From: an uncultured delta proteobacterium
Lineage (GTDB): Bacteria > Desulfobacterota > Desulfuromonadia > Desulfuromonadales > JACZKF01
Assembly: GCA_963816395.1 (NCBI GenBank)
Contig: CAWFKQ010000012.1
Span: 2,155 to 66,154 of the forward strand
DNA length: 64,000 bases
Direction: 5' to 3'
Shown: piece by piece, positions 42,601 through 52,659 of the stretch
How positions within the stretch are numbered: position 1 is the stretch's first letter
Layout: each line of letters starts with the position of its first letter
Notes under the pieces: model-generated
Seen by the model: only the letters and a program-made list of their open reading frames with translations
The model's database searches: none
What the model was told of the DNA's origin: nothing
Position numbers and translations under genes: made by a program

Positions 42601-44183
42601 GGGCGACCCGCGCCCCGGCAACTGCCAGATCCCGGCCGCTGGCCACCAGCCTGCCGCTCAGGTGCTGGTCGCGCCAGCGGGTCCACCCCCGGGCCGTGAA
42701 GCTCCCCCTGGCGTTGGGCAGCAATCCCCCCAATCGGTTGACTTCGGCATTGAAGTCAAGGCGCTCCTGCAGTCTGCCCTGGGCCTTCACCGTAAAATCG
42801 TCGCCGCGCAGGGACAATGCGGCGATGTTCAGGTCCTCCCCCCGCAGGCTGGCGGCGATATTGCCGGTCAGGGGCCGGCCGCGCAAGGTACTCTCCCGCA
42901 GCCGGGCGTTCACCTCGGCGGCCAGGGGCTCCTGCGCCCCCCGCACGGACGGCGGTCCGCAGGGTGAAGTTGATCCGCCCGGACCAGTCCGGGGCGACGG
43001 CGGCCGGGTCGAGCCCCTGCCCGCGCAAATCCGCCTGCAGCTTCCATCCCTCCCCCCAGCCGGCGGTCAGGCTGCCTTCCAGGCGGCCGCGCAGCCATTC
43101 TCCCTGCAGGCTCGGCAGGACGATCTGCTGTCGATTGCCCTGAAAAGGTGCGCTGAGGCTTCCGCCCCGCCAGCCGGAGACCCGGTTGGCCAGGGAGACT
43201 TTCCCCTGGAAATCCTGCAGCCTGCCGGTCGCCTGCAAGGCACCGGAAATGTCGGTGTGGGTCCCGGTTGCCGGGGCGAGATCCAATCCGGCGAGACGCA
43301 GGTGAGATCGAAGCGCCAATCCTGACCGGCAACAATGACCGCGTCACCACTGGCCTCTCCCTTGCCGGCCGGGCTCGCTGAGGCGCAGGGAGGAAAGTGC
43401 CAGGCGATCGCGTGACCAGTCGACCTGCCCTGTCAGCCGCAGGCGTTCCTGATCCCCCGAGCGGGCACTCAGCCGCAGCGGCCCGCGCATCTCCCGGGCC
43501 GCCGGCCCCGGTCGCAGATCAAGCTGGAGGGCCACGGTACGGATGTCCGCCGGGGCCGGCGCCGGCTCGGCCTGCAGGTCGGCCCGCAATGCCGGCCCCC
43601 CCAGATCGAGGGACATGTCGCCGGCGAGCCTGCCCCGGGGTGCGGCGACCTGCAATTCGTCGACCGTGAATACCCCGTTGCGCCAGGCCAGGCGGGCGGC
43701 GAACCGGCTCACGGTCACCGGCTCCCCTGCATCCGGGTAGAGGGTGAAGCCGTCCACCTGCAAGGACTTGATGTCCGCCTGCAGGTATCGTCCCACGCCA
43801 CCGATCTCGGGTAGAGCCAGGCTGGGAGAAGTCGGCTGCTGTTTCTCCGTGGGATGGATGTGGGCCGCCACTCCCGTCAGGGCGATCTTGTCGATGGCCA
43901 GCCTGCCTTCCAGCAGGGTGGCGGGATGCCAGTCGAGAAGAAGGGTTGCCGCTTCCGCCTCGCCGTTCTGCCAGCGGACCCGCACCCCCTGCAGCCGCAA
44001 ACGGTCGGCAAGCCGGCCGGTCACTTCGGTCGCCTCGATCTGTAGAGGGAGAAAACTGCGACAGCGGCTGCCAGGGCGGTGCGCGCTCCGGAGGGGGTCC
44101 AGAGCAGCCAGGCTGTCCCTGCCGCCAACATGAAAGAGCAGGAGCAGGATAATCAGGAGGGTATAGCGAAGACCTTTTCTCAC
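39600..44183 (-). CDS. tamB: Translocation and assembly module TamB (multiple frameshifts)
   Basis: N-terminal TM; long beta-rich repeats over several ORFs; C-terminal DUF490-like LYSEPAMPDTDVLAYIVLG...ITIGKYLNPDLYISFG...DLYYQIKFR; GTGA overlap with tamA. Confidence 0.9.
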
Positions 44184-45988
44184 CAGCCGAATCCGATACT
44201 CACGTGCAGGCGATACGCGGGGTTTTTCACCCCGATCTGGCGGGCCAGATCGACCTTGACCGGGCCGACCGGGGTATACCAGCGGACCCCTACCCCAGCC
44301 CCCTGCCGGAGCACGAATTTGCCGAAGTCGTTGAAGGCGTTGCCGGCATCGTAGAAGGCGGCGGCCCCCCATTTCGCCCAGAGGGCGCGGTCCAGTTCGA
44401 TGCTGCCCACCAGCAGGTTCTTTCCGCCCACCACGTCGCCGTTCTCGTCCTTCGGCCCCAGGGACTTGTAGGCATACCCCCGGACGCTCTGGTCGCCGCC
44501 GGCGAAAAAGCGGATGGTGGGGGGGATGTCGGCAAGGGGCTGATTCTGCAGGGTGAAGCCCGTCTCCGTCCGCAGGAAGAGGGAAAGGCGGCCGGGGAGC
44601 GGAATCAGGGTATTGCCCGCGGCCAGGATCTGCAGCAGTCCGATATCGGAGCCCAGCGCCTGATGGGTCCCCCGGGTCTCCAGGGTATAGGAATAACCTT
44701 TTTCCGGACGGACTGGTATTGGGGTAGCGACGCCTGCCGAAACGGACGCCCGGGAGGACCAGGAAGGTCGTCGCGTTTGTCTTCACCGACCGTATAGGTT
44801 TCCCGCAGGATGCGGAGATAGACGGAACCGACCATGCCGCGGCCGAAGGAACGTATCCGCTCCACCTCGGCCGTAAAGGTCTGGCTATCGTAGGTGTCGA
44901 CGTTTTCCTGGTCATAGGAGAGGCGAAGGGCCGTCTGGCTGGCGATGTCTTTCCGGCTGGGGATGATATAGGCGCCGGCCAGGGTCTGCTTGACCTGGGC
45001 GATGAGGAAATCCCCGCTGCAGTTCATGTCCGAGGTGAAAGGCGTTGACGTCCTTGTAGCGCAGGCTGAAACGGGCTCCGGTATCGGTGGCATAGCCGAT
45101 CCCCGGCCGCAGCCGCTTGGGCAGGGAGGGCTCCAGCTGAATAGTGACCGGCACTTCCAGATTCTCGGCCGATTTTTCGTGGGGGGTGACGATTACCTGC
45201 TTGAAACGGTCGGAATCGAGAAAGTTGAGCTGGGTCTGCCCGAGCTTGGCATAGGAGAAAACCTCTCCCGAGCGGAAGCCCAGATAACGGCGGAGAAAAG
45301 CAGGAGGGTACTCTTCCGCCCCCTTGATGGTGACGCCGTCGAAGTGATAAAGCGGACCGGTATCGAGCACCAGATCGATTTCGGCAGTCCCCTCTTCGGG
45401 GTTGACCCGGATTTCGTGGCGGGAGAAATCGGCCGCCAGGTAGCCGAGATCGAGCGCCCGGGCCTTAATCGCTCCCTTGGCCTGCTCATAGAGATCCTGC
45501 CGGAGCACCGCATTTTCCTGCAGGGGAAACTCGCGGACCAGCTCGCGCAGTGCCGACCGCCCCTCCCCCGCCCCCTGCAGCGCCACTTGCACCTTGGACA
45601 CCCGCACCGGCGGGCCGGGTTCTACCCGCACCACCAGCCGATAATTCCCGTCCTCGGCCTGCAGGTCGGTTCGAACCTCCGCCCGATAGTAGCCAAACGG
45701 CTCCAGAGCCCGCCGAACCTTCTCCGGCGCCTGCTGGCGAAAGCGCTCCAGCCAGCGGCGGTCCACTTTGCCTTCCCGCACCAGTCCCGGCGGGAGCGCC
45801 AGGGCGGCCTGCACATTCTCCAGCATCTCCCCTTCCAATCCATGAACCTTCACCGTTACCGGTTCGGCTCCCCAGACTGCCGGCGACAGCAGAAGAGAAA
45901 ACAGAAGGAAAACCGGAGCGAACCGGCACCGGTTACCACCGGCTTCGCCTTGCACCGCTCTTTGTCCTGCGCTGCCGATCATCACCAT
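44180..45988 (-). CDS. tamA: Omp85 family TamA (frameshifts)
   Basis: POTRA domains, GIGYATDTG, RFFAGGDQSVRGY and GVRWYTPVGPVKVDLA. Confidence 0.9.
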
Positions 45989-46101
45989 CTTTTGTCCACC
46001 GCCTCGCCGAGAGAATTATTGTACCGCAGGCGGCGCCCCGCCGGCAACTTGGTATCAGGCAAGGTATTGAAAATATAGTCGAAATTCCACAGGATGAACT
46101 T

Positions 46102-46553
46102 TTATGGAGACAGGCAGAAGTTTCCCCTCCGCCGGTACGCTGGTCCGGTCCTGCGGAGGCACGGGCGGCTCCCACCGCCTGCAGGCGGAAGCCTCAGCTC
46201 TGCAATCGATTCCAGCAGATAATCCCGCAGGACGAGCCGCATTGTTGCGTTCCTCGTCGCGGGCGGCAAAAAGAAGAGTTAACGTTCCCTGCCGCGCCCG
46301 CTCCAGAAGGCTCGCCACCAGCTCTCCCCGGCCATCCAGTTCGCGCGAGTAGCGGCTGCGGAACTCCGGCCAGCGGCTTTCCTCATGCCCGAACCAGCGG
46401 CGCAGTTCCGGACTGGGAGCGATCTCTTTCAGCCACAGATCGATGTTCGGCCTGCGCCTTCTGCATCCCGCGCGGCCAGATGCGATCGACCAGCACCCGG
46501 AAACCGTCATCCGCTGCCGGTGCCGCGTAAATTCTCTTGATGCGGACGGGCAT
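46102..46553 (-). CDS. DUF488 family (YeaO-like) protein (frameshifts)
   Basis: IKRIY...[15 protein letters not shown]; [17 protein letters not shown]; [13 protein letters not shown]; 3' end approximate. Confidence 0.85.
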
Positions 46554-46643
46554 TCTGCCTCCTCTCTTTGCAGTCGACGTTTGCAAATTATTTAATTATA
46601 CTTTGGGATCATTTCTTTGCCTGGCCGCCGGCCGGAAGAGAAC

Positions 46644-47547
46644 ATGAAAATACAACTTTTCTTACTCTTTCTGCTTCTTCTCGGCCTGCCGCCAGCATCG
46701 GCAGAGGGGCGCATCTTCCGCGAAACCGACGTCCTCCCCGCCACCCCGGTCACCGGTTGTCGGCGCCAATCGCGTCGCCGTCTCCCACCCCGGGGAAAGC
46801 CTGATGGAACTGGCTTACCGGGAAGGAGTCGGCTTCAGCAATCTGGTCGCCGCCAACCCTGATCTCGACCCCTGGCTGCCGCAGCCGGGGACACAGGTCC
46901 TGCTCCCGACCTCAACGATATTGCCACCGGACACCGAACCGGGGATTACCATTAACCTGGCCGAGTTCCGCCTCTACTACGTCTGGGAGGAGAAGGGAAT
47001 GCGGCTGGTTCGGATCTATCCGATCGGCATCGGCTCCGAAGGCTGGGGCACGCCGGAAGGAAATTTCACCATCCGACGCAAGATCCGGCGGCCGGTGTGG
47101 ACCGCCCCTCTTTCCATCCGCCGGGCGGAACCTGACCGGCCGGCGAGGATTCCCCCGGGTCCCGATAACCCGCTGGGGGATTACTGGCTGGGGCTGTCGG
47201 TGAACGGCTATGGTATTCACGGGACCAACAAGCCCCTGGGGGTGGGCAGAAGGGTCAGTCACGGCTGCATTCGCCTTTACCCGGACGACATCCGCGACCT
47301 CTTCCGGCGGGTCAGGATCGGAACGCCGGTGCGCATTATCTATCAGCCGATCAAGTTGGGGAAAAAAGAGGAGAAGCTGTTGCTGGAAGTGCACGCCGAT
47401 TATCTCGAGAAAATGGATAATCCGCTCGAAGAGGTGGTCCGCCAGAAACGGGCACTGCACTGGAAGGGTCCAATCGACCTGCCCACCCTGCTTCGCATTC
47501 TCCGTGAGGCCAGAGGGATGCCGGAACCGCTGTTCCTGCAGAAATGA
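46644..47547 (+). CDS. L,D-transpeptidase (ErfK/YbiS/YcfS family), 5' frameshift
   Basis: ANP.LDPWLP, INLAEFRLYY, PPGPDNPLG and YGIHGTN...SHGCIRL; signal peptide in the upstream frame from ATG 46644. Confidence 0.92.
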
Positions 47548-47575
47548 ATGCTGTTTTATCCGCCGCCGGCCGCCA

Positions 47576-47959
47576 TCACTCCGGGCAGGACAGGGCCAGG
47601 GAGCCGAGTCGGCGGATGCCCAGGGCTCGCAGATCGGGCACCGGCCGGTCGGGCTCGACGGTGATCGCCGGGCCGATGAAATCGTTTTCCGGCCAGAGAG
47701 TGGCCCGGGCGGCCGGACCGGTAATCAGGCTCCGGACGGCTCCGGACCAGTTCTCCCTTTGCGCCCGCGGCAGGTGCTGGAGATCCGGCCATGAACCGGG
47801 GCCGAAGATGATGTCGTGATCGCCGCCGGGATTGAAATCCGTCTCGGCAAAAACCTGGATCCAGCAGTGGGAAACCTGGGGGACCGGGGTCGCGGCGCAT
47901 CCCTGCAGCAGCGGCCAGACGAGACCGGAAAGGGTAAGGACCCGAAGAAGCTTCTTCAT
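47576..47959 (-). CDS. Lipoprotein with beta/gamma-crystallin-like domain
   Basis: Lipobox LQGC; two-motif pattern CWIQVFAETDF...RSLITGP...LWPENDF.G...GSL. Confidence 0.6.
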   Translation of the reverse strand: MKKLLRVLTLSGLVWPLLQGCAATPVPQVSHCWIQVFAETDFNPGGDHDIIFGPGSWPDLQHLPRAQRENWSGAVRSLITGPAARATLWPENDFIGPAITVEPDRPVPDLRALGIRRLGSLALSCPE

Positions 47960-47972
47960 CGCCGCCGCTGGA

Positions 47973-47997
47973 GAAAAAGCCCCGTTGCCGGGGCTTC
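47973..47997 (-). terminator. Rho-independent terminator after the Lpp-like gene
   Basis: aagccccg-gcaa-cggggc followed by T5. Confidence 0.75.
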
Positions 47998-48001
47998 TCC
48001 T

Positions 48002-48331
48002 TTATTTCCGCAGACCCATTTCAAAGGCTTTCTGCGTCTTCTCCGCGTTCTGCTCGGCCTGGGTGGCGGCCGATTCGGCCCGCGCGGCCGAATTTTCCGC
48101 CTTTTGGGCAGCCTGCTCGGCCCGGGTGGCGGCAAGTTCGGCCCGGTTGGCGGACTGATTGGCCTGGCTGGCGGCCTGATCAGCCTTCTGTGCCGACTGG
48201 GCGGCATTGCGGCTGGCCTCCATGGCCTTATCCAGCGTGCTGCGATCTTCCGGCGACATGGTTGCCGTGCAGCCGACCAAGGCCAGAAGAGCAATACCCA
48301 TCAGACTGCCTGCGATTGGTAGCATGCGCAT
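48002..48331 (-). CDS. Lpp/OprI-like alanine-zipper lipoprotein
   Basis: AGGAGG RBS, lipobox LVGC, Ala-rich heptad coiled coil, C-terminal Lys (GLRK). Confidence 0.85.
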   Translation of the reverse strand: MRMLPIAGSLMGIALLALVGCTATMSPEDRSTLDKAMEASRNAAQSAQKADQAASQANQSANRAELAATRAEQAAQKAENSAARAESAATQAEQNAEKTQKAFEMGLRK

Positions 48332-48461
48332 TTTGTGCACCTCCTGAAGGAAATATCCCTAATTAGAACATACCGAGAACGACTGTCAATCCAAAAATAT
48401 CTTCACCTTCTGCCGGGCGGGAAACCTGGGAAGATCCTTCTCCTGCTGGCGCGCGGCCGAT

Positions 48462-49061
48462 TCATGGCTGTTCGCTCAGCAGAGTCGTCATGGCCAGACG
48501 CAGGGCTTGGCCGCGATGGCTGATCGCATTTTTGATCGCCAGGGAAAGTTCGGCCAGGGTTTTCCCCTGCTGCGGTACAAAAAAGAGAGGATCATAGCCG
48601 AAACCGCCCGCACCCCGCGGGGCATCCAGGAGTATCCCCTCCAGCCGCCCCTCGAAAAGCCGGCATTCCCCCTGCGGCCGGCACAAGGCTATGACGCAGA
48701 CGAAGGCACCCTGTCGCTGGCCGTCGGGCACCTGCCTCAGGGCCGCCAGGAGTTTGCGGTTGTTCGCCTGGTCATCGGCCCTTTCGCCGGCATAACGGGC
48801 GGAACGCACCCCCGGCTCTCCGCCGAGGGCCGGCACCACCAGCCCCGAGTCGTCGGCCAGGGTCGGCCGACCGCTGTAGCGGGCGATCGTCTCCGCTTTC
48901 TTGCGGGCGTTCTCGGCAAAGGTGGCGCCGTCTTCCTCCACCTCCGGCAGGTCGGGGAAATCGGCCAGACTCAATACACGGATGCCCGACTGCCCCAGCA
49001 GGCGACGGAGCTCCCGCAGCTTGCCGGGGTTACGGGTGGCGACCACGAGTTCCAGGGTCAT
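48462..49061 (-). CDS. rdgB: XTP/dITP diphosphatase
   Basis: [28 protein letters not shown] and ISHRG motifs. Confidence 0.96.
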   Translation of the reverse strand: MTLELVVATRNPGKLRELRRLLGQSGIRVLSLADFPDLPEVEEDGATFAENARKKAETIARYSGRPTLADDSGLVVPALGGEPGVRSARYAGERADDQANNRKLLAALRQVPDGQRQGAFVCVIALCRPQGECRLFEGRLEGILLDAPRGAGGFGYDPLFFVPQQGKTLAELSLAIKNAISHRGQALRLAMTTLLSEQP

Positions 49062-49786
49062 CCCTCCAACGCCCGGCGCTGCCGTTCGGCCAGTTCCCGG
49101 CAGCCGCCCAGGGCCAGATCGCGCAGGGCGTCGAGCTCGGCGGCGGTGAACGGCTCGGCTTCGGCCGTTCCCTGCACCTCGACGAAGCGGCCGCCGCCGG
49201 TGATGACGAAATTCATGTCGACCTCCGCCTGGGAATCCTCGGCGTAATCCAGGTCGAGAACGGGGATGCCGCCGATGATCCCGGCACTGACCGCCGCGAC
49301 GCTGTCGCGTACCGGCCAGGCGTCAAGCATCCCACGCTCCCCCAGCCCGCGAAGGGCATCGACGAGGGCCACGTAAGCCCCGGTGATCGCGGCGGTGCGG
49401 GTGCCGCCGTCCGCCTGCAGGACGTCGCAGTCGATCAGCAGCGTGCGCTCTCCCATGGCATGCAGGTCGACCACCGCCCGCAGCGAGCGGCCGATCAGCC
49501 GCTGGATCTCATGCGTGCGCCCTCCCACCTTGCCTCGGGTCGATTCGCGCGGCGAGCGCACATGGGTGGCGCGGGGGAGCATGGCGTATTCGGCGGTGAT
49601 CCAGCCCCGCCCCTCGCCTCTCATGAAACCCGGCACCCCTTCTTCAACGCTGGCGTTGCATAGAACCCGCGTCTCGCCGAAGGCGACCAGCACCGAGCCC
49701 TCGGCATAGCGGGTGAATTTCCGTTCGAAACGAACCGACCGCAACTCGTCCGGGCGGCGGCCGCTGATGCGCGGCTTTCCAATCAC
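49058..49786 (-). CDS. rph: Ribonuclease PH
   Basis: [29 protein letters not shown] and EVQGTAE motifs. Confidence 0.97.
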   Translation of the reverse strand: MIGKPRISGRRPDELRSVRFERKFTRYAEGSVLVAFGETRVLCNASVEEGVPGFMRGEGRGWITAEYAMLPRATHVRSPRESTRGKVGGRTHEIQRLIGRSLRAVVDLHAMGERTLLIDCDVLQADGGTRTAAITGAYVALVDALRGLGERGMLDAWPVRDSVAAVSAGIIGGIPVLDLDYAEDSQAEVDMNFVITGGGRFVEVQGTAEAEPFTAAELDALRDLALGGCRELAERQRRALEG

Positions 49787-49789
49787 TGA

Positions 49790-50866
49790 TTACTCCTTCC
49801 GTTTATCCTCGGCGAAGCTGTGGATACCGGTATAAAGGGCTTCGGCCAGCCGGTCCTGGCCGGCCGGATCACGCAGGAGGGTACTGTCGGCGCTGTTGGA
49901 CAGATAGCCGAGTTCCACCAGCACAGTGGGCAGATCGCCCCGCCCCAGGGGCAGCAACGGTGCCCGGATGATCCCGGTCACCGCCAGTCCCGCCTGTTGC
50001 AGAGCCTCATCGAGATGCCGGGCCAGGCGCATGCTGCCGCCCTCACCGGCTTCCGGAGAACCGCCCTGCCGCTCCTCGCGGGGGCGGATGATCAGGGTGA
50101 GGCCATGCACCGCCGGGCTCAGGGAGGCCTGCGCGTGCAGCAGGACCAGGGCATCCGCATCGGGCCGGCTGGCGGGGGCCAGACGCTGCTTGAGATCGAG
50201 GGTGTAGTCTCCATCCCGGCTCATGTAGACCGGAATGCCCAGACGCATCTTCAACAGCTTCTCCAGGCGGCGGGAGACATCCAGCGCCACGGTTTTTTCC
50301 ATTTCCCCGTCCAGACCGATGGAGCCGGGATCCTGGCCGCCGTGTCCAGGGTCAAGTGCAATGCCGCGCAGAGCCGGGCCGCCATTCTCCACCCGCTGCT
50401 TGCGGGCCAGGACGGCGAAGAGCCTGTCCAGCGGACTTTCCTCCTGGTTAGCGGCAAGGTTCGCCGGGTTCAGGTTGCGGTAATAGATGGCTTCGCCGAG
50501 CAACTGCGGAATCTTCTGGCGGACGAAGTCCTCCGGCACCCGCAGGCGATTGTCGATGAAGCGAGGCAGATCGGACAGGGTGATGAGGCGCTCCCCCCAG
50601 CGCAGGTAGTGGCTGCCGGGGGAAATCACCGCCGTTCCGCGGGGTAGCTTCAGGCGGTAGAGATGCTCCACCGAGTCCCACTGGCCGCTCAGGTTGAGGT
50701 CGCCAAGAACTTCATCGATGGACAGGTAGGGGACCCCGTCGCGCAGGTAAACATCGTTGATGGAGACCGGCGGCTGACCGCTCCGGGCGATTTCCACCAC
50801 GGCGCCGGCGGGCAGGGCTGAAAGCAGGAAAAGACAGAGGATCGGCAGGAAGCGGCGTGGTTTCAC
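49790..50866 (-). CDS. N-acetylmuramoyl-L-alanine amidase (Amidase_3)
   Basis: Signal peptide; LDPGHGG.DPG, EK, LHA and VLVELGYLSN motifs. Confidence 0.88.
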   Translation of the reverse strand: MKPRRFLPILCLFLLSALPAGAVVEIARSGQPPVSINDVYLRDGVPYLSIDEVLGDLNLSGQWDSVEHLYRLKLPRGTAVISPGSHYLRWGERLITLSDLPRFIDNRLRVPEDFVRQKIPQLLGEAIYYRNLNPANLAANQEESPLDRLFAVLARKQRVENGGPALRGIALDPGHGGQDPGSIGLDGEMEKTVALDVSRRLEKLLKMRLGIPVYMSRDGDYTLDLKQRLAPASRPDADALVLLHAQASLSPAVHGLTLIIRPREERQGGSPEAGEGGSMRLARHLDEALQQAGLAVTGIIRAPLLPLGRGDLPTVLVELGYLSNSADSTLLRDPAGQDRLAEALYTGIHSFAEDKRKE

Positions 50867-50966
50867 AGCAATTTTCCGGCAAGAGGAACATCTGGGGCGG
50901 CAAGGACCTGAAAAAGCACATTTATACTCTGCTTGCGCGGCACCTGTCAATCAGCGAGACGGCGGC

Positions 50967-52004
50967 TCAGGCCTGGATCAGCTTCTTGCCGCGCGTCGGC
51001 TTGCGCCCGAGGAGCTCCAGCAGACGCCTGGTCAGGCTCGCTTCCAGTTCCCGCTGCACCGCCTGGTTCCCCTGCATCGGACGGATCTGGCCGCCGGCAG
51101 TGGTATGGTGGCCGCCGGCGGTGCCCAAGCCGTCGACGATCTTGCGGATCACCTCCCCGGCCATGACCTCATGGGTCTGGGTACGCAGGGAGAGGATTTC
51201 CGCGTCCTCATAGCGCCCCAGGCCGAGGACGATGTCGATCCCTTCCATGCGCAGGAGAAAATCGGCCATTTCGGCAACGATCTCCGGGTTGTCGATCTCG
51301 TAGAGGTTGAATACCAGGACGCCGTCATAGGTGCGGGAATTTTCGATCGCCTTGTTGTAGCTGGAAAAATATTCCCGGGGCACCTTCGGGTGGGTGATGT
51401 TGAAGAGGATATGGACATTGGCCAGGGAAAGGAGCTGCAGATAGGCCTCGCGGTCCGCCTTCACCCCTTCGCGGCCGAGGTCCTGGGTTTCCGATTTGAT
51501 GGCATAGAAGAGGATAGTGGCCAGCTTGGTGCCGAAGGTGACCTGCTGCGCCTGCAGGTATTCGAAGAGGATGGTGGCGCAGGCTCCGTACTCTTCGCGG
51601 ATGTCGGTCCAGCGGCAGCGGGTGCAGGCCTCCCGGGCCGGGTGATGGTCGATCACCAGGTGCACCGGCCGCTCCGGCGGGTAGGAATTGTTCCCCGTTC
51701 CCGGCTGGGTATCGACCATGCAGACCACGCCGAACTGGTCGAGATCGAGTTTCTCGATCGGCTCCGCATCGATTTCCAGCTCCCGCACCATCACCTGGTT
51801 CTCACCCCGGCCGATAATGCCGCCGAAAGTGATGGTGACCGATTGGCCGGTTTTTTTCAGGATCAGATGCTTCAGGGCCATGGCCGCCGCCAGAGAATCC
51901 GGGTCGGGATTGTCGTGGGCGACAATCAGCACCCGCCCCTTGCCTCGCATCCACTCGATGAATTGTTCGGAAAATTCTCGCGACAGGGTCAGGTCGATCG
52001 GCAT
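50967..52004 (-). CDS. DHH family phosphoesterase
   Basis: HDNPDPDS, VDTQ, IDHH and AGGH...AGG motifs. Confidence 0.92.
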   Translation of the reverse strand: MPIDLTLSREFSEQFIEWMRGKGRVLIVAHDNPDPDSLAAAMALKHLILKKTGQSVTITFGGIIGRGENQVMVRELEIDAEPIEKLDLDQFGVVCMVDTQPGTGNNSYPPERPVHLVIDHHPAREACTRCRWTDIREEYGACATILFEYLQAQQVTFGTKLATILFYAIKSETQDLGREGVKADREAYLQLLSLANVHILFNITHPKVPREYFSSYNKAIENSRTYDGVLVFNLYEIDNPEIVAEMADFLLRMEGIDIVLGLGRYEDAEILSLRTQTHEVMAGEVIRKIVDGLGTAGGHHTTAGGQIRPMQGNQAVQRELEASLTRRLLELLGRKPTRGKKLIQA

Positions 52005-52056
52005 GGCTGCGTCCCCTCGAGAAGACTGGATTGACTGCTGCAGCGCGGTTCTGTCT

Positions 52057-52530
52057 TCATTCTATCGCTGCCAGTGTTGCGAAGGCCGATTCCACCGCCT
52101 CGGCTGGAGAAGCGGCATAGATGACGCCGGGAAGATTCGGCCAGGCGCCGAGGGCGATCACCGGCCGGCCGATTTTCAGGCCGATCGCCATTTCGGACAG
52201 GGTCCCGAACTCCCCCTCGATGGCGATCAGGGCCCGGGCGGCATGGGCGATGATCACGTTGCGGGCGTGTCCCATGTTGGTCGGGATGGCCAGGGTGACG
52301 AAAGGATTGGCCGCTGTCCTCTCGCCGCCCGGAAGGATGCCGACCGCCACGCCGCCCCCCTCGGTACAGCCGCGGCAGGCCGCCTCCATGATGCCGCTCA
52401 GCCCGCCGCAGACCACCGCCGCCCCCCGCTCGGCGACCAGCCGTCCCACCTCCCGGGCCTGCTCGTAACCGGCCGGCGTCGCCTGCCCGGCGCCGATAAT
52501 GCCTATGAGGGTTTGGGGACGATTGCTCAT
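52057..52530 (-). CDS. TIGR00725 / LOG-like Rossmann fold protein
   Basis: VCGG..GIMEA, GILP, ARNVII and GTLSE motifs. Confidence 0.85.
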   Translation of the reverse strand: MSNRPQTLIGIIGAGQATPAGYEQAREVGRLVAERGAAVVCGGLSGIMEAACRGCTEGGGVAVGILPGGERTAANPFVTLAIPTNMGHARNVIIAHAARALIAIEGEFGTLSEMAIGLKIGRPVIALGAWPNLPGVIYAASPAEAVESAFATLAAIE

Positions 52531-52547
52531 GTTTGGACTCGTTGGTC

Positions 52548-52659
52548 AGGCAAAAGGCAGGGGCTAGCGGCTAGCGGCTATAGGCTAGAGGAAAAACCCT
52601 AATGCCTTATGCATGTCTTGACCTCCAGCCTCTTTCCTCTAGCCTCCAGCCTCCAGCCT
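52548..52659. repeat. Inverted heptamer repeat (GGCTAGN)n / (CCTCYAG)n, same family as 8666-8762
   Basis: ggctagc ggctagc ggctata ggctaga ... cctccag cctcttt cctctag cctccag cctccag; includes the copA stop and last codons. Confidence 0.8.
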
